Part shown: piece after piece, positions 47,709-57,936 of the stretch
How positions within the stretch are numbered: position 1 is the stretch's first letter
Layout: every line of letters starts with the position of its first letter
Assembly (NCBI GenBank): GCA_965248195.1
Contig: CBDFIQ010000002.1
Span: 1,376,001 to 1,440,000, forward strand
Direction: 5' to 3'
Length of the DNA stretch: 64,000 bases
From: Longimicrobiales bacterium
GTDB taxonomy: Bacteria > Gemmatimonadota > Gemmatimonadetes > Longimicrobiales > Gaopeijiaceae
Translations under genes and position numbers: made by a program
Notes under the pieces: model-generated
Database searches by the model: none
Seen by the model: only the letters and a program-made list of their open reading frames with translations
What the model was told of the DNA's origin: nothing

Positions 47709-49090
47709 GCGGATGGTGGGAGCGGATTCCTCACGACTACCGCATCGTCGTGCTGGCCCTCTTGGCGGCGCTCCCCGGAATCGCCATCTCGCTCGCGTTC
47801 CTTTGGATGGGTCCGTACTCGGCCGGACTCCGATGGACGGCTACGGTTTTTCTCCTCGGCGGTTGGGCCGGCTTCACTTACGCGCTGCGAGCCAGGGTGG
47901 TACGCCCGCTCCAAACGCTTTCCAACATGCTCGCAGCGTTGCGGGAAGGAGACTTCTCGATTCGGGTCCGCGGAGCGGGATCGAGCGGTGCTCTCGCCCT
48001 CACGTATAACGAGGCGAACGCGCTCGAGGAGGTTCTTCGGGAGCAGCGTCTGGGCGCGGTCGAGGCCACGGCTCTGCTCCGCAAGGTGCTGGAGGAAGTC
48101 GATCTGGCGGTGTTCGCCTTCGATGAAAACGAAACCCTCCGGCTCCTGAATAGGGCGGGTGAGGCGCTGCTTGGTCAGCCGAGTAAGCGAGTGATCGGCA
48201 CACCGGCCGCCGAACTTCGGCTCCAAGAAACGCTCAGCGGAATCGCGCCACGCACGCTCGAGCTCAATCATCCTGGGGGGACGGGCCGATGGGAGCTCCG
48301 GCGTACGGTGGTACGCCAAGAGGGCCATCCCTTGCGGCTGATCATCCTTTCGGATCTCAGCCGGGCGCTACGGGAGGAGGAGCGACAAGCCTGGAAGCGC
48401 ATCATCCGGGTGCTGAGTCATGAGATCAACAACTCGTTGGCGCCCATCAAGTCGATCGCCGGAAGCCTACAGAGTCTGACGCGACGCGGATCCCTGCCTC
48501 CCGATCTCGACGAGGACGTTGAGAGCGGCCTCAAGGTGATCGCCGGTCGCGCGGAGTCCTTGGGAAGGTTCATGGCTTCATATGCCCAACTCGCTCGGCT
48601 GCCTGAACCCCGGCTCGCCGCCGTAGAAGTGAACGCACTCGTGCGACGGATCGTGGCGATCGAAACCAGACTGGAGGTCGGCGTGCGACCCGGGCCGGAT
48701 CTCACCGTTCAGGCGGACGCGGACCAACTCGAACAGCTTCTGATAAACCTGATGAGAAACGCGGTCGACGCCGCCCTCGAAACGAAGGGTGAGGTGGAAG
48801 TGTCCTGGTCCGTGATAGGCAATCGACTGCATGTGGTGGTCACGGACGAGGGCCCGGGCCTGCCGGTGGACACCGGTAACTTGTTCGTACCCTTCTACAC
48901 AACCAAACCCGGCGGGAGCGGAATCGGCCTGGCTCTCTGCCGGCAGATCGCGGAAGGCCACGGTGGTACGCTGACGCTCGAAAATTCTCCCGAAGGGAAG
49001 GGGGCCAGGGCCCGACTCACGATCCCCCTGGACCTCATTTCAGCTGAGCCCGTGGCGTCGTTGGCTCTGCCGCCGGAGTCCTCCGGTTGA
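47705..49090 (+). CDS. Sensor histidine kinase (two TM, HAMP/PAS, NtrY-like)
   Basis: LSHEINNSL H-box, NLMRNA, DEGPG, F.PFYTTK, GSGIGL; ATGA coupling. Confidence 0.93.
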   Translation: MSGWWERIPHDYRIVVLALLAALPGIAISLAFLWMGPYSAGLRWTATVFLLGGWAGFTYALRARVVRPLQTLSNMLAALREGDFSIRVRGAGSSGALALTYNEANALEEVLREQRLGAVEATALLRKVLEEVDLAVFAFDENETLRLLNRAGEALLGQPSKRVIGTPAAELRLQETLSGIAPRTLELNHPGGTGRWELRRTVVRQEGHPLRLIILSDLSRALREEERQAWKRIIRVLSHEINNSLAPIKSIAGSLQSLTRRGSLPPDLDEDVESGLKVIAGRAESLGRFMASYAQLARLPEPRLAAVEVNALVRRIVAIETRLEVGVRPGPDLTVQADADQLEQLLINLMRNAVDAALETKGEVEVSWSVIGNRLHVVVTDEGPGLPVDTGNLFVPFYTTKPGGSGIGLALCRQIAEGHGGTLTLENSPEGKGARARLTIPLDLISAEPVASLALPPESSG

Positions 49091-49380
49091 ACTAGGTCAA
49101 TCAGCGCCCTCCTCCGTGGCCGGAGCCCCCCGCCTGTGGCCTGGGTAGCCCGCATCGCGGCCACGTCGACATGTTTTTGCGGATCCTGCCTCGAGAAAGC
49201 CGCGTTCAGTAAGAATAAACGTGGCATGCGTGTCAGGGTTCTCCTATGTTTGGCGTAGGTATCGTGGTCCAATTTCTGCCCCGATGGGCAACGCCAAAAG
49301 GGGCCGTGGAGTTGGGTTGAATGTCGTCTTCATGGTGCGTCCTTGGCGGGGGCGCGAAGCCGCGAGTTGGCCTTCTATAG

Positions 49381-50283
49381 ATGAGCGATTCTGCACACCG
49401 ACCTACAAGCCTACTTGTCGTAGAGGCTGACCCTGACCGTCTGGAATCCCTTCGGGAGCATCTCCGGAGCACGGATGGGAACATCAAGCTTCATGGCGCC
49501 GGCGAACTGGCGGTGGCGTTGGAGCGGCTTTCCAGCGGTGGCGTGGACGCCGTGATTCTCGACCCCGATCTACCCGATAGCCAGGGCATCGTGAGCTTCG
49601 AGCGCATGTACGCGTTCGCCCCGAACGTTCCGGTCGTCGTACTGACCAATGAGGGGGAGGATGAGCTTGCGGTCCGCGCCGTCCAGGGTGGGGCGCAGGA
49701 CTGCATGCGTAAAGATGAGGCCGAACCATCGGTCCTGCTTCGATCCGTGCGCTACGCCATCGAGCGTCACCGTCTACTCGATGCGCTTCGGAGCTTGTCG
49801 CTGATCGATGGCCTCACGGACTTATACAACCGGCGGGGATTTAATGACCTCGGTGAGCAATACCTCAAGCTCGCCGTTCGCTCCTCTCGGTCGGTTTCCC
49901 TCATCTACCTCGACATCGACCGCTTCAAGACCATCAACGACACACTCGGTCATCACGTTGGTGATCGTGCCTTGCTGTGCGTGGCGGACACCCTTCGGGA
50001 TACGTTTCGCCGTTCCGACATCGTTGCCCGAATGAGTGGGGATGAGTTCGCCGTCCTGGCGTTCGAAACCTCGGAGGAGGACGCCGAGACGCTCGCCCAG
50101 CGGCTAAGGGCGAAGATTAATGAGCTGAACGAGACCACGAGGGAACGGTTCCAGCTTTCCGTCAGCATCGGCCTGGCCCGGAACGACGGTGATACTGCGG
50201 TGCCCCTCGACGAGTTGCTGAGGCAGGCCGACGCAGCGATGTACAAGGAAAAACGAAACAAGAGAAGGAAGGTGGCGCGGTGA
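49381..50283 (+). CDS. Response-regulator diguanylate cyclase (REC-GGDEF)
   Basis: N-terminal REC (VILDPDLPDS), D.LT.LYNRR, RRSD I-site, SGDEF active-site variant. Confidence 0.9.
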   Translation: MSDSAHRPTSLLVVEADPDRLESLREHLRSTDGNIKLHGAGELAVALERLSSGGVDAVILDPDLPDSQGIVSFERMYAFAPNVPVVVLTNEGEDELAVRAVQGGAQDCMRKDEAEPSVLLRSVRYAIERHRLLDALRSLSLIDGLTDLYNRRGFNDLGEQYLKLAVRSSRSVSLIYLDIDRFKTINDTLGHHVGDRALLCVADTLRDTFRRSDIVARMSGDEFAVLAFETSEEDAETLAQRLRAKINELNETTRERFQLSVSIGLARNDGDTAVPLDELLRQADAAMYKEKRNKRRKVAR

Positions 50284-52493
50284 GTCGGGACGAAACAGCA
50301 ACCGATGCTGAACGCCGTGGCGAGAGCAGGCCCGTCCCCTTGGATTCCGCGCCCCATGGATCGGATTCGGAGACGAGCATAGGGCCCGGTGGGGCGAGCC
50401 CGGCCACCTCGGTACACTGGCTGGCCCGGGTTGCGGAGAGGGCAGGGCTCGAGGGAAAGCGTCCGACTATCGCTCCCGATATGGCCGCAAAGGAAGCGTG
50501 GCCGGTCGTGACCCGAACGTACAAGATAGGGGACTCCCGGCTTTGCGAGTTAGTGTCCACCTATTTCCGGCTGGATATCGCCGATTTCGGGGAGCGTGAC
50601 CCGAATGCGCCTCTTCTCGTGCCGGAGCTATTGGCACGGAGGTACCACGTCTATCCCCTCTACGAGACCGATAAGCACCTGCTCGTCGCCACGTGTGACC
50701 CCACCCAAGTGGAAGCGGAGCGCGCCCTGGGGTTCAGCACGGGAAGAACCACCGTATTCCAGGTGGCCTCTCCCAGGGCTATCCAGGAGATCCTCGACGA
50801 CCGCTTTTCGCCTGAGGTGGCCATCGATTCCCTCCTCGATGGCTTCGATGTCGATGATCTCGACGGCGACGCGGTCAAACTCGTGGAAGAGATGGGGCCC
50901 GAGTCCATCTCTTCGGAAGACGCCGAAGCGACCCCGGTCGTGAGGCTCACGAATCTCATCATTCGCGACGCCATCGCGCAGGTTGCTTCCGACATCCACA
51001 TCGAACCCGGCCGCCGCGTCGGCGTGATTCGGTACCGGGTCGACGGTGTCCTCAGAAAGCACATGGACCTTCCGATGGCGGCGATGAACCGCGTGATTTC
51101 ACGCATTAAGATTCTGGCCCGGCTCGATATTGCGGATCGGCTTCGCCCCCAGGACGGCAAGGCGCACGTCCGAGTCCAGAATCTGGCCTACGACCTGCGC
51201 GTGTCCACGATCCCGGCAGGAAGGGCCCATGAGAAGTGCGTCATCCGAATTCTGGACTCGAACGCCGAGGAAACCCTCGACGACCTGTCCCTTCCGTCCT
51301 ACGAGTTGGACCGCCTGCGGCAGCTCATCAAGCTCAGGGAGGGGATCGTGCTGGTGACGGGCCCAACGGGGTCGGGGAAGACGACCACCCTCTACGGCGC
51401 GTTACGCGAGATGGCCGACGGTAAGGTCAACATCATGACCGTCGAGGATCCGATCGAATACGAGCTCGCACAGATTACACAGACGCAGGTGGAAACGAAG
51501 CAGGGAGTCACCTTTGGCGCCGCCCTCCGGGCTATTCTCAGGCAGGATCCCGACGTCATCCTGGTAGGAGAGATTCGAGACCAAGAGACCGCCGAAACGG
51601 CTTCGCATGCCGCGATGACGGGCCACCTCGTGCTTGCCACCGTACACGCGAACGACGCGGTGAGCGCCGTAGGCAGGTTGGCCGCCATTGGCCTGCCGTT
51701 CAGCACGATCGCCTCCACCTTGAGGGGTGCCATCGCTCAACGCCTCTTGCGGCGGATTTGTCCGACCTGCGCCGAGCCAGTACGCGGAGAGTTGACGCCG
51801 GAGGAGCAGCGCATGACCGAGCATCATGAGGTCGAACCGGTGGTGCGGGCCGTGGGTTGTAATGAATGTGGATTCACCGGCTATAAGGGTCGCATTCCGG
51901 TGAACGAAGTCATGGTTGCCGGGCCACGGTTTCTGGCCGCCGTGGAAGCCCGAAAGGGATGGCAGACGCTCCACCGCATCGCGATCCAGAGCGGCATGCG
52001 CCCGATGCATCAGGTGGCGCTGGACTGGGTAATAAAAAGCAAGACCACGCTGGTCGAGATCGAGAGGGCGCTCGGGACGCACAAACCGGGAGAGGAAATC
52101 AAAGAGGACACCGGCCCGACCCGGATCCTGGTGGTCGATGACGACGAGGAAGCCCGGCTCATGGCGGCGAGCATACTCGAAATGGAAGGGTTCCAGGTAT
52201 CGATGGCCAAGGACGGGTACGAGGCCATGGAGCGGCTCAAGGCCGACCCGAACTTCAGCCTGGTGATCTTGGACCTGACGATGCCCGGTATGGACGGCCG
52301 CAAGGTGCTCGACCGCATTCGTGGGTCGAAGGACACCGCGGCCATCCCGGTGCTGATCAGCACCAACTTCGGAGGAGACGACGTGGAGACCGAACTTCTC
52401 GAAGCCGGTGCGGACGACTTTCTCGAGAAGACCGGCGATGCCAAGCGGTTTCTCGCGAGGGTCAAGGCCGTCCTTCGCCGTGCGGTAATGTAG
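50280..52493 (+). CDS. PilB/GspE-family secretion ATPase with C-terminal receiver domain
   Basis: ASDIHIEP, GPTGSGKT, TVEDPIE, DPDVILVGEIRD, TGHLV.ATVH, CPTC/CNEC; C-terminal RILVVDDD...LDLTMPGMDG. Confidence 0.9.
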   Translation: MSRDETATDAERRGESRPVPLDSAPHGSDSETSIGPGGASPATSVHWLARVAERAGLEGKRPTIAPDMAAKEAWPVVTRTYKIGDSRLCELVSTYFRLDIADFGERDPNAPLLVPELLARRYHVYPLYETDKHLLVATCDPTQVEAERALGFSTGRTTVFQVASPRAIQEILDDRFSPEVAIDSLLDGFDVDDLDGDAVKLVEEMGPESISSEDAEATPVVRLTNLIIRDAIAQVASDIHIEPGRRVGVIRYRVDGVLRKHMDLPMAAMNRVISRIKILARLDIADRLRPQDGKAHVRVQNLAYDLRVSTIPAGRAHEKCVIRILDSNAEETLDDLSLPSYELDRLRQLIKLREGIVLVTGPTGSGKTTTLYGALREMADGKVNIMTVEDPIEYELAQITQTQVETKQGVTFGAALRAILRQDPDVILVGEIRDQETAETASHAAMTGHLVLATVHANDAVSAVGRLAAIGLPFSTIASTLRGAIAQRLLRRICPTCAEPVRGELTPEEQRMTEHHEVEPVVRAVGCNECGFTGYKGRIPVNEVMVAGPRFLAAVEARKGWQTLHRIAIQSGMRPMHQVALDWVIKSKTTLVEIERALGTHKPGEEIKEDTGPTRILVVDDDEEARLMAASILEMEGFQVSMAKDGYEAMERLKADPNFSLVILDLTMPGMDGRKVLDRIRGSKDTAAIPVLISTNFGGDDVETELLEAGADDFLEKTGDAKRFLARVKAVLRRAVM

Positions 52494-52661
52494 AGGCTCA
52501 GCCGGCGATATGACCGGCTCCTGAAATTGCGGCTCCGGGCCGCCTGAATGGCCCGTGTCCGGAACCGTGGCAGGCCATGAAACGGTAGATTGACAGGCGT
52601 GGCCCGGCCCTGCGAGGTTACTGGGCTTTGAAGCGGTCATTACCCCAGCCGGACCGTCCTG

Positions 52662-54284
52662 ATGTTCACATCCTTACGAGCCCGTATCATCGTCATTCTC
52701 GCGTTGGTCGGCGTCAGCATAGGATACCTGGTCACCAATCAGATCAAGCTGGGCCTGGATCTCCAGGGCGGAATGCACCTCGTCCTCGAGGTAAACGATC
52801 CCGAGGGCACGATGACGTCCGAGGCCGTTGCCGACGCCATCGACCGGGCCGAGCGCATCCTGCGTACCCGCATCGATGAGTTCGGCGTAGAGGAGCCACT
52901 CGTCCAGAAGGTAGGGTCCGACCGCATCATCGTGGAGCTCCCGGGAATCGGACTCGACGACGAGAGTCGGGCGAAGGATCTAATTCAACAGTCGGCGTTC
53001 CTCGAGTTCAAGCTCGTGCTTCCGGTAACGGAGCTGCAGTCGGCACTAGCCCGGATCGACCGCCAGATTGTCGCGGCGGTGGGTCTGGAAGAGCTTCGGT
53101 TGCTCGGCCGGGATGAGGAAGGCCCTGGTCAGGACATTCAGAACCTCATTTTCGGCGGCCAGAGCGCGGACTCCGCCCAGGCGGATAGCACCGGGGTGGA
53201 AGAGGAACCCGTAGAAGAGGATCAATCGGTCAACCTCAGTCCCCTCACGTCGCTACTGCTTTCGGGAGACGTCGAGGGCGCCTATCTGGTCGCGACGGAG
53301 GACGTGGAGGTGGCCGAGCGATTCCTCGCGCTATCCGAGGTCCAGCGGGCTCTGCCCAGAAACGTATCACTCCACTGGGAAGCGGACCCGATCGGTCTCG
53401 GGCAGAGAACCTACCGCCGCCTGTACGTCACTGAAGAAGATTCGTTCGTGACCGGAGAGATGCTGGAGGATGCGACCGCGCAGCGGGACCCGCAGTTCAA
53501 CCAGCCCCAGGTAGCGTTCGAGTTCAACAGGGCGGGTGGCCGGCGCTTCTCGAATTTCACCACGGTACACATCGGCGATTACATCGCCATCGTGCTGGAC
53601 GATGAGATCGTGAGCGCGCCCGTGGTACAAGATCGCATCGGGGCCAGCGGCGTCATCAATATGGGCAATGCCGACATGGTCGAAGCGGCAGACCTCGCGT
53701 TGGTGCTCCGGGCGGGTGCGTTGCCCGCGCGTCTGGAGATCATGGAGGAGCGGACGGTTGGACCGTCGCTCGGGCAGGACTCCATCGACCGGGGCCAGAT
53801 CGCGGGCATCATCGGGATGGTCCTCGTGATCCTCATCATGACCCTTTACTACCGCGTGGTGGGGATCCTGGCTGTAATGGCCCTGGGTGTGTACCTCGTG
53901 TTGGTCTTGGGTGGCCTTTCGGCGTTCGGCGCTACGCTGACGCTCCCAGGGATGGCGGGCCTGATTCTGTCTGTCGGTATGGCCGTGGACGCAAACGTGC
54001 TCATCTTCGAACGGATCCGGGAGGAATTGATCCTCGGGCGAGCTACCCGGACGGCGGTGGACGAGGGCTTCGCCCATGCGTTGTCCGCGATCGTCGATGC
54101 GAATATTACGACCCTCATCACCGCGCTCATCCTCTTCCAGTTCGGGACCGGGCCCGTGAAGGGCTTCGCCGTGACCCTTTCAATCGGGATCGTTGCCTCG
54201 TTCTTCTCGGCCCTGTACGTGACACGAACCTTCTTCCTCATCTACCTGTCGGGGAAGAAGGCATCAGACCCGATCAGCATCTGA
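52662..54284 (+). CDS. secD: Protein translocase subunit SecD
   Basis: LGLDLQGG, LRAGALPA, VGPSLGQDSI, GMAVDANVLIFERIREE. Confidence 0.97.
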   Translation: MFTSLRARIIVILALVGVSIGYLVTNQIKLGLDLQGGMHLVLEVNDPEGTMTSEAVADAIDRAERILRTRIDEFGVEEPLVQKVGSDRIIVELPGIGLDDESRAKDLIQQSAFLEFKLVLPVTELQSALARIDRQIVAAVGLEELRLLGRDEEGPGQDIQNLIFGGQSADSAQADSTGVEEEPVEEDQSVNLSPLTSLLLSGDVEGAYLVATEDVEVAERFLALSEVQRALPRNVSLHWEADPIGLGQRTYRRLYVTEEDSFVTGEMLEDATAQRDPQFNQPQVAFEFNRAGGRRFSNFTTVHIGDYIAIVLDDEIVSAPVVQDRIGASGVINMGNADMVEAADLALVLRAGALPARLEIMEERTVGPSLGQDSIDRGQIAGIIGMVLVILIMTLYYRVVGILAVMALGVYLVLVLGGLSAFGATLTLPGMAGLILSVGMAVDANVLIFERIREELILGRATRTAVDEGFAHALSAIVDANITTLITALILFQFGTGPVKGFAVTLSIGIVASFFSALYVTRTFFLIYLSGKKASDPISI

Positions 54285-54294
54285 GACGGATTCC

Positions 54295-55251
54295 ATGAGA
54301 CTGTTCGACCAAGCCAAATACAGGTTCATCCGAAACCGACGCAGGGCCTACGTGGTCTCCGGTACCCTGATCCTCGCCGGGCTCGCAGGGATGATCTTCA
54401 ATGTCTTCAGCATCGGAAGTTGGCAGAACTACGGGGTGGACTTCACTGGCGGTTCACTGATCCAGGTACAGTTCCACCAGCCTGCTACGGCCGCGCAGCT
54501 CCGGGCGGCCCTCGGTGGCTCGCAGGCGCCGCCTATCACACGTTTCGGTGAGGAAAACGAGTTTACGATCCGTGCACCGCTCGGGGATGCCACCGTCGAG
54601 ACCATACGGGCCCGCTTCGAGAGCCAACTCAGCACCGCATTCGCGAATGACGCGTTCACCATCGTGCGGACCGAGACCGTGGGACCGAAGATCGGAGCCG
54701 AGCTCCAGCGGAATGCGGCTCTGGCCATTCTGTTCTCTTTTGTTTTGACGCTTCTCTATATTGCGATGCGGTTCGAGCTTCGCTTCGGCTTGGCTGCGGT
54801 GATCGCGACGGTGCACGACATTCTGATCACACTTGGCTTCCTGGCGCTGTTCAGGGTCGAGATCGCGCTGCCCACGGTGGCGGCCATCCTGACGATTGTC
54901 GGGTATTCGCTGAACGACACCATCGTCGTGTTCGATCGCGTTCGGGAGAATCTCAACGCCAAGGGCGGCCGGCGGCAGGATCCGGTGGAGCTCGTGAACC
55001 ACTCGGTCAACGAGACACTACCTCGGACGGTGCTCACATCCGGGACGACGCTCGCGGTCCTGGGGTCTCTCCTCGTCGTAGGTGGTGCGGTGATCCGCGA
55101 CTTCACCGTGGTGTTGATGCTGGGCGTCACGATCGGGACGTATTCTTCCATCTTCGTGGCTTCGCCGGCCTTGCTCGAGATCCAGAAGCGTTTTGGCGAC
55201 GGCACTGCGAGCCGCGAGCGCAGAAAGCGCAGGGCCCAGGCGACCACCTAG
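54295..55251 (+). CDS. secF: Protein translocase subunit SecF
   Basis: GVDFTGG, VGP.IG.EL, GYSLNDTIVVFDRVRE, GTYSSIFVA. Confidence 0.97.
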   Translation: MRLFDQAKYRFIRNRRRAYVVSGTLILAGLAGMIFNVFSIGSWQNYGVDFTGGSLIQVQFHQPATAAQLRAALGGSQAPPITRFGEENEFTIRAPLGDATVETIRARFESQLSTAFANDAFTIVRTETVGPKIGAELQRNAALAILFSFVLTLLYIAMRFELRFGLAAVIATVHDILITLGFLALFRVEIALPTVAAILTIVGYSLNDTIVVFDRVRENLNAKGGRRQDPVELVNHSVNETLPRTVLTSGTTLAVLGSLLVVGGAVIRDFTVVLMLGVTIGTYSSIFVASPALLEIQKRFGDGTASRERRKRRAQATT

Positions 55252-55287
55252 GGCCAGGCGACCACCTAGGGCCAGGCGACTACCTAA
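55236..55287. repeat. 18-bp tandem repeat x3 spanning the secF stop codon
   Basis: CCAGGCGACCACCTAGGG x2 plus CCAGGCGACTACCTAA. Confidence 0.9.
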
Positions 55288-55295
55288 CCAGAGCC

Positions 55296-56060
55296 GTGTT
55301 CGACAGTCACTGCCATCTCACAGACGGCCGCTTCGACACGGATCGGGCGGCCGTTCTCGATGCGGCGTTGGAGGCGGGGGTCACCCGGATGGTTACGGTC
55401 GCTTCGGATCTCGAGGATGCCAGGGCCGCTGCGGAGCTCGCGGAGGGTCATCCGGCCCTCTGGTCGACGGCGGGCATTCATCCCCACGAGGTTTCTGAGG
55501 CCGCGGACGCCGACCTCGAGGCGGTCCGGGAGCTCGCCGCTACGCACCCCGAAGTCGTCGCCATCGGCGAGACCGGCCTGGATTACTTCTACGATCATTC
55601 GCCTCGGCGGCTCCAACGCCGCTGGTTCGAGGCGCACCTGGAACTCGCCGCGGGTCTCGATCTTCCGATCGTGATTCACACCCGTGAAGCGGAAGACGAT
55701 ACGATTTCGGTGCTACGGAACGCTCCCGAATCGGTTCGCAAGGTGCTCCACTGCTTTACCGGGAGCATGAAGTTGTTGGAGGTGGGGCTGGAGGAGGGTT
55801 GTTACGTGTCGTTTGCGGGGATCATTACATTCTCCAAGTTCGACGGTCAGGCCGCCGTACGGGCGGTCCCGGGAGGTTGGCTGCTCGCCGAGACGGACGC
55901 GCCGTACCTGGCGCCGGTTCCGCGTCGGGGAAAACGGAACGAGCCGGCCTTGGTAACGCATGTGGTGGCGGCGCTCGCCGACATTCGGGGCGAAGACGTG
56001 GGAGTGGTCGCGGAGGCCACGGCGGAGAACGCCGAACGATTCTACGCGCTCCGGCCTTGA
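55296..56060 (+). CDS. TatD-family hydrolase
   Basis: DSHCHL, GIHPH, IGETGLDY, IH.R.A, LHCF, ETDAPYLAP. Confidence 0.93.
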   Translation: MFDSHCHLTDGRFDTDRAAVLDAALEAGVTRMVTVASDLEDARAAAELAEGHPALWSTAGIHPHEVSEAADADLEAVRELAATHPEVVAIGETGLDYFYDHSPRRLQRRWFEAHLELAAGLDLPIVIHTREAEDDTISVLRNAPESVRKVLHCFTGSMKLLEVGLEEGCYVSFAGIITFSKFDGQAAVRAVPGGWLLAETDAPYLAPVPRRGKRNEPALVTHVVAALADIRGEDVGVVAEATAENAERFYALRP

Positions 56061-56085
56061 AGGGTGTGGCTGCCCATGAGTGAAT

Positions 56086-57936
56086 ATGCCGCGCACGATT
56101 GAAGTCCTTCCGGATCTGGTGGCGAACCAGATCGCCGCCGGTGAAGTGGTAGAGCGGCCCGCGTCCGTCGTAAAGGAACTGGTCGAAAACGCCCTCGACG
56201 CCCGGGCGACACGCATCGACATCGACATCGAGCGTGGTGGCAAGCGACGCATCCGGGTGACTGACGACGGGGTCGGCATGGGCCGGGAAGACGCGCTTCT
56301 TTCTCTCGACAGGCATGCCACCAGCAAGATCCGCGCTGCCGTCGATCTCCAATCGGTGGGGACCTTCGGCTTCCGGGGAGAAGCGTTGCCCTCCATCGCC
56401 GCGGTGGCGCGCATGACGCTCGAAACCAGGGGAGACCCCGACCCAGTGGGCACCCGGGTTCGCGTGAAGGGTGGGACGATCACGGGGGTCGAGGACGTTC
56501 CTCGTAGGCGGGGCACGACCGTCGAGATCTCCGACCTGTTCTTCAACGCACCCGCCCGGTCAAAGTTTCTGAAGGCGGTTGGGGCGGAGGCCCGCGCCGT
56601 GAGTGACGTGGTGAGCCTTCTGGCCCTTGCCAACGCGTCGGTCGGCTTCGGCCTCACCTCCGGTGGCCGGATCCTACTCGAACTTCCTCCGGCCGCGGAT
56701 CTGACGGCCCGCGTTGCTGCTCTTTGGGGGAGGGAAGCGGCCACCACGCTGATCGCCCTCTCCACCGAATCCGAGGGTGTTCAGGTGCGCGGTCTGATCC
56801 AACGGCCGGATGCGGCCAAGAGCGGGTTTCGGCGTGCTCACCTCTTCGTAAACGGGAGACCCTTTCGCAGCCGTCCACTCCTCTCGGCGGTCGATCGCGG
56901 GTATCGCACCACGATCCCGGAGAGGGTACGGCCGTGGGCGTTCCTCTACCTCCGGATGCCGCCCGGAACCGTGGATATGAACGTACATCCGGCCAAGGCC
57001 GAGGTGCGTTTCCGGGACGCGGCGGCGGTCGAGTCCTTCGTCGAGGAAGCGGTGCGGGTGGGTCTGACGTCGGAGGCGAGCGCCGCCACCCTGGACACAC
57101 AACTGGTCCCTCCCCAACTGCTGGTCCGAGAACCGAGTCCCCCACGGCCCAGTAGGAAGTCCGAGGTGGAGAGCCAGACCGCCATGTTCCTTTCGGCCGA
57201 CGCCGCGCTGCCGTCGAGCACGGCGCCCCCTTTGGGCACGGCACCCTCTTCGGGCTCGGCAGCGACGGGTGCCGCACCTGCCCGCGAAGCAGTGACGCCT
57301 GGCGTTTCTGCTCGCAAAGACGTACCGGGTGACGCATCTGCCGATCCTATCCCGGTGGTCGAGGAGCGGCCTCGCCTCTGGCAGGTGCTGAACACTTACG
57401 TGCTCGCGGAGACGCGCGAGGGTCTGATCATCATCGACCAGCACTCGGCACACGAGCGAATCCTGTTCGAGCGCCTGAGCCGAGCCTTCGAGGCGAGCGG
57501 GGAGACCGGCCAGAGGCTCCTCTTCCCGCTCACCATTCGCCTCGCCAAGGCCGAATACGAACAAGTGCAGGCCCTGACTGGCATCCTGGACCGTGTGGGC
57601 TTTGAGGTCGAGGGCTTCGGTGGCAACACGATCATCGTGCACGCGGTTCCGGATCCACATCCCTACTTCGACCCTGAGCGCTGCCTCAGGGAGATGATCG
57701 ACGAGCTGGTTGAGGGTTCGGATCTCACGCGCTCTGCAAAGAACCAGCACGAGAAGATCGCCATGACCTTCGCCTGCAAGGGGGCGATCAAGGCCGGCCA
57801 AGGGTTGAGCGAGACCGAGATGCAGGAGTTGTTCGACCAGCTTTTCGCCACGGAGCTGCCCTACCACGACGTGCACGGTCGCCCGACCATCGTCCGTCTG
57901 AGCAAGAGTGAGCTGGAGAGGAAATTCGGGCGGTGA
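56086..57936 (+). CDS. mutL: DNA mismatch repair protein MutL
   Basis: NQIAAGEVVERPASVVKELVENA, GFRGEAL, DQHSAHERILFE endonuclease motif, ACK, HGRP. Confidence 0.97.
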   Translation: MPRTIEVLPDLVANQIAAGEVVERPASVVKELVENALDARATRIDIDIERGGKRRIRVTDDGVGMGREDALLSLDRHATSKIRAAVDLQSVGTFGFRGEALPSIAAVARMTLETRGDPDPVGTRVRVKGGTITGVEDVPRRRGTTVEISDLFFNAPARSKFLKAVGAEARAVSDVVSLLALANASVGFGLTSGGRILLELPPAADLTARVAALWGREAATTLIALSTESEGVQVRGLIQRPDAAKSGFRRAHLFVNGRPFRSRPLLSAVDRGYRTTIPERVRPWAFLYLRMPPGTVDMNVHPAKAEVRFRDAAAVESFVEEAVRVGLTSEASAATLDTQLVPPQLLVREPSPPRPSRKSEVESQTAMFLSADAALPSSTAPPLGTAPSSGSAATGAAPAREAVTPGVSARKDVPGDASADPIPVVEERPRLWQVLNTYVLAETREGLIIIDQHSAHERILFERLSRAFEASGETGQRLLFPLTIRLAKAEYEQVQALTGILDRVGFEVEGFGGNTIIVHAVPDPHPYFDPERCLREMIDELVEGSDLTRSAKNQHEKIAMTFACKGAIKAGQGLSETEMQELFDQLFATELPYHDVHGRPTIVRLSKSELERKFGR

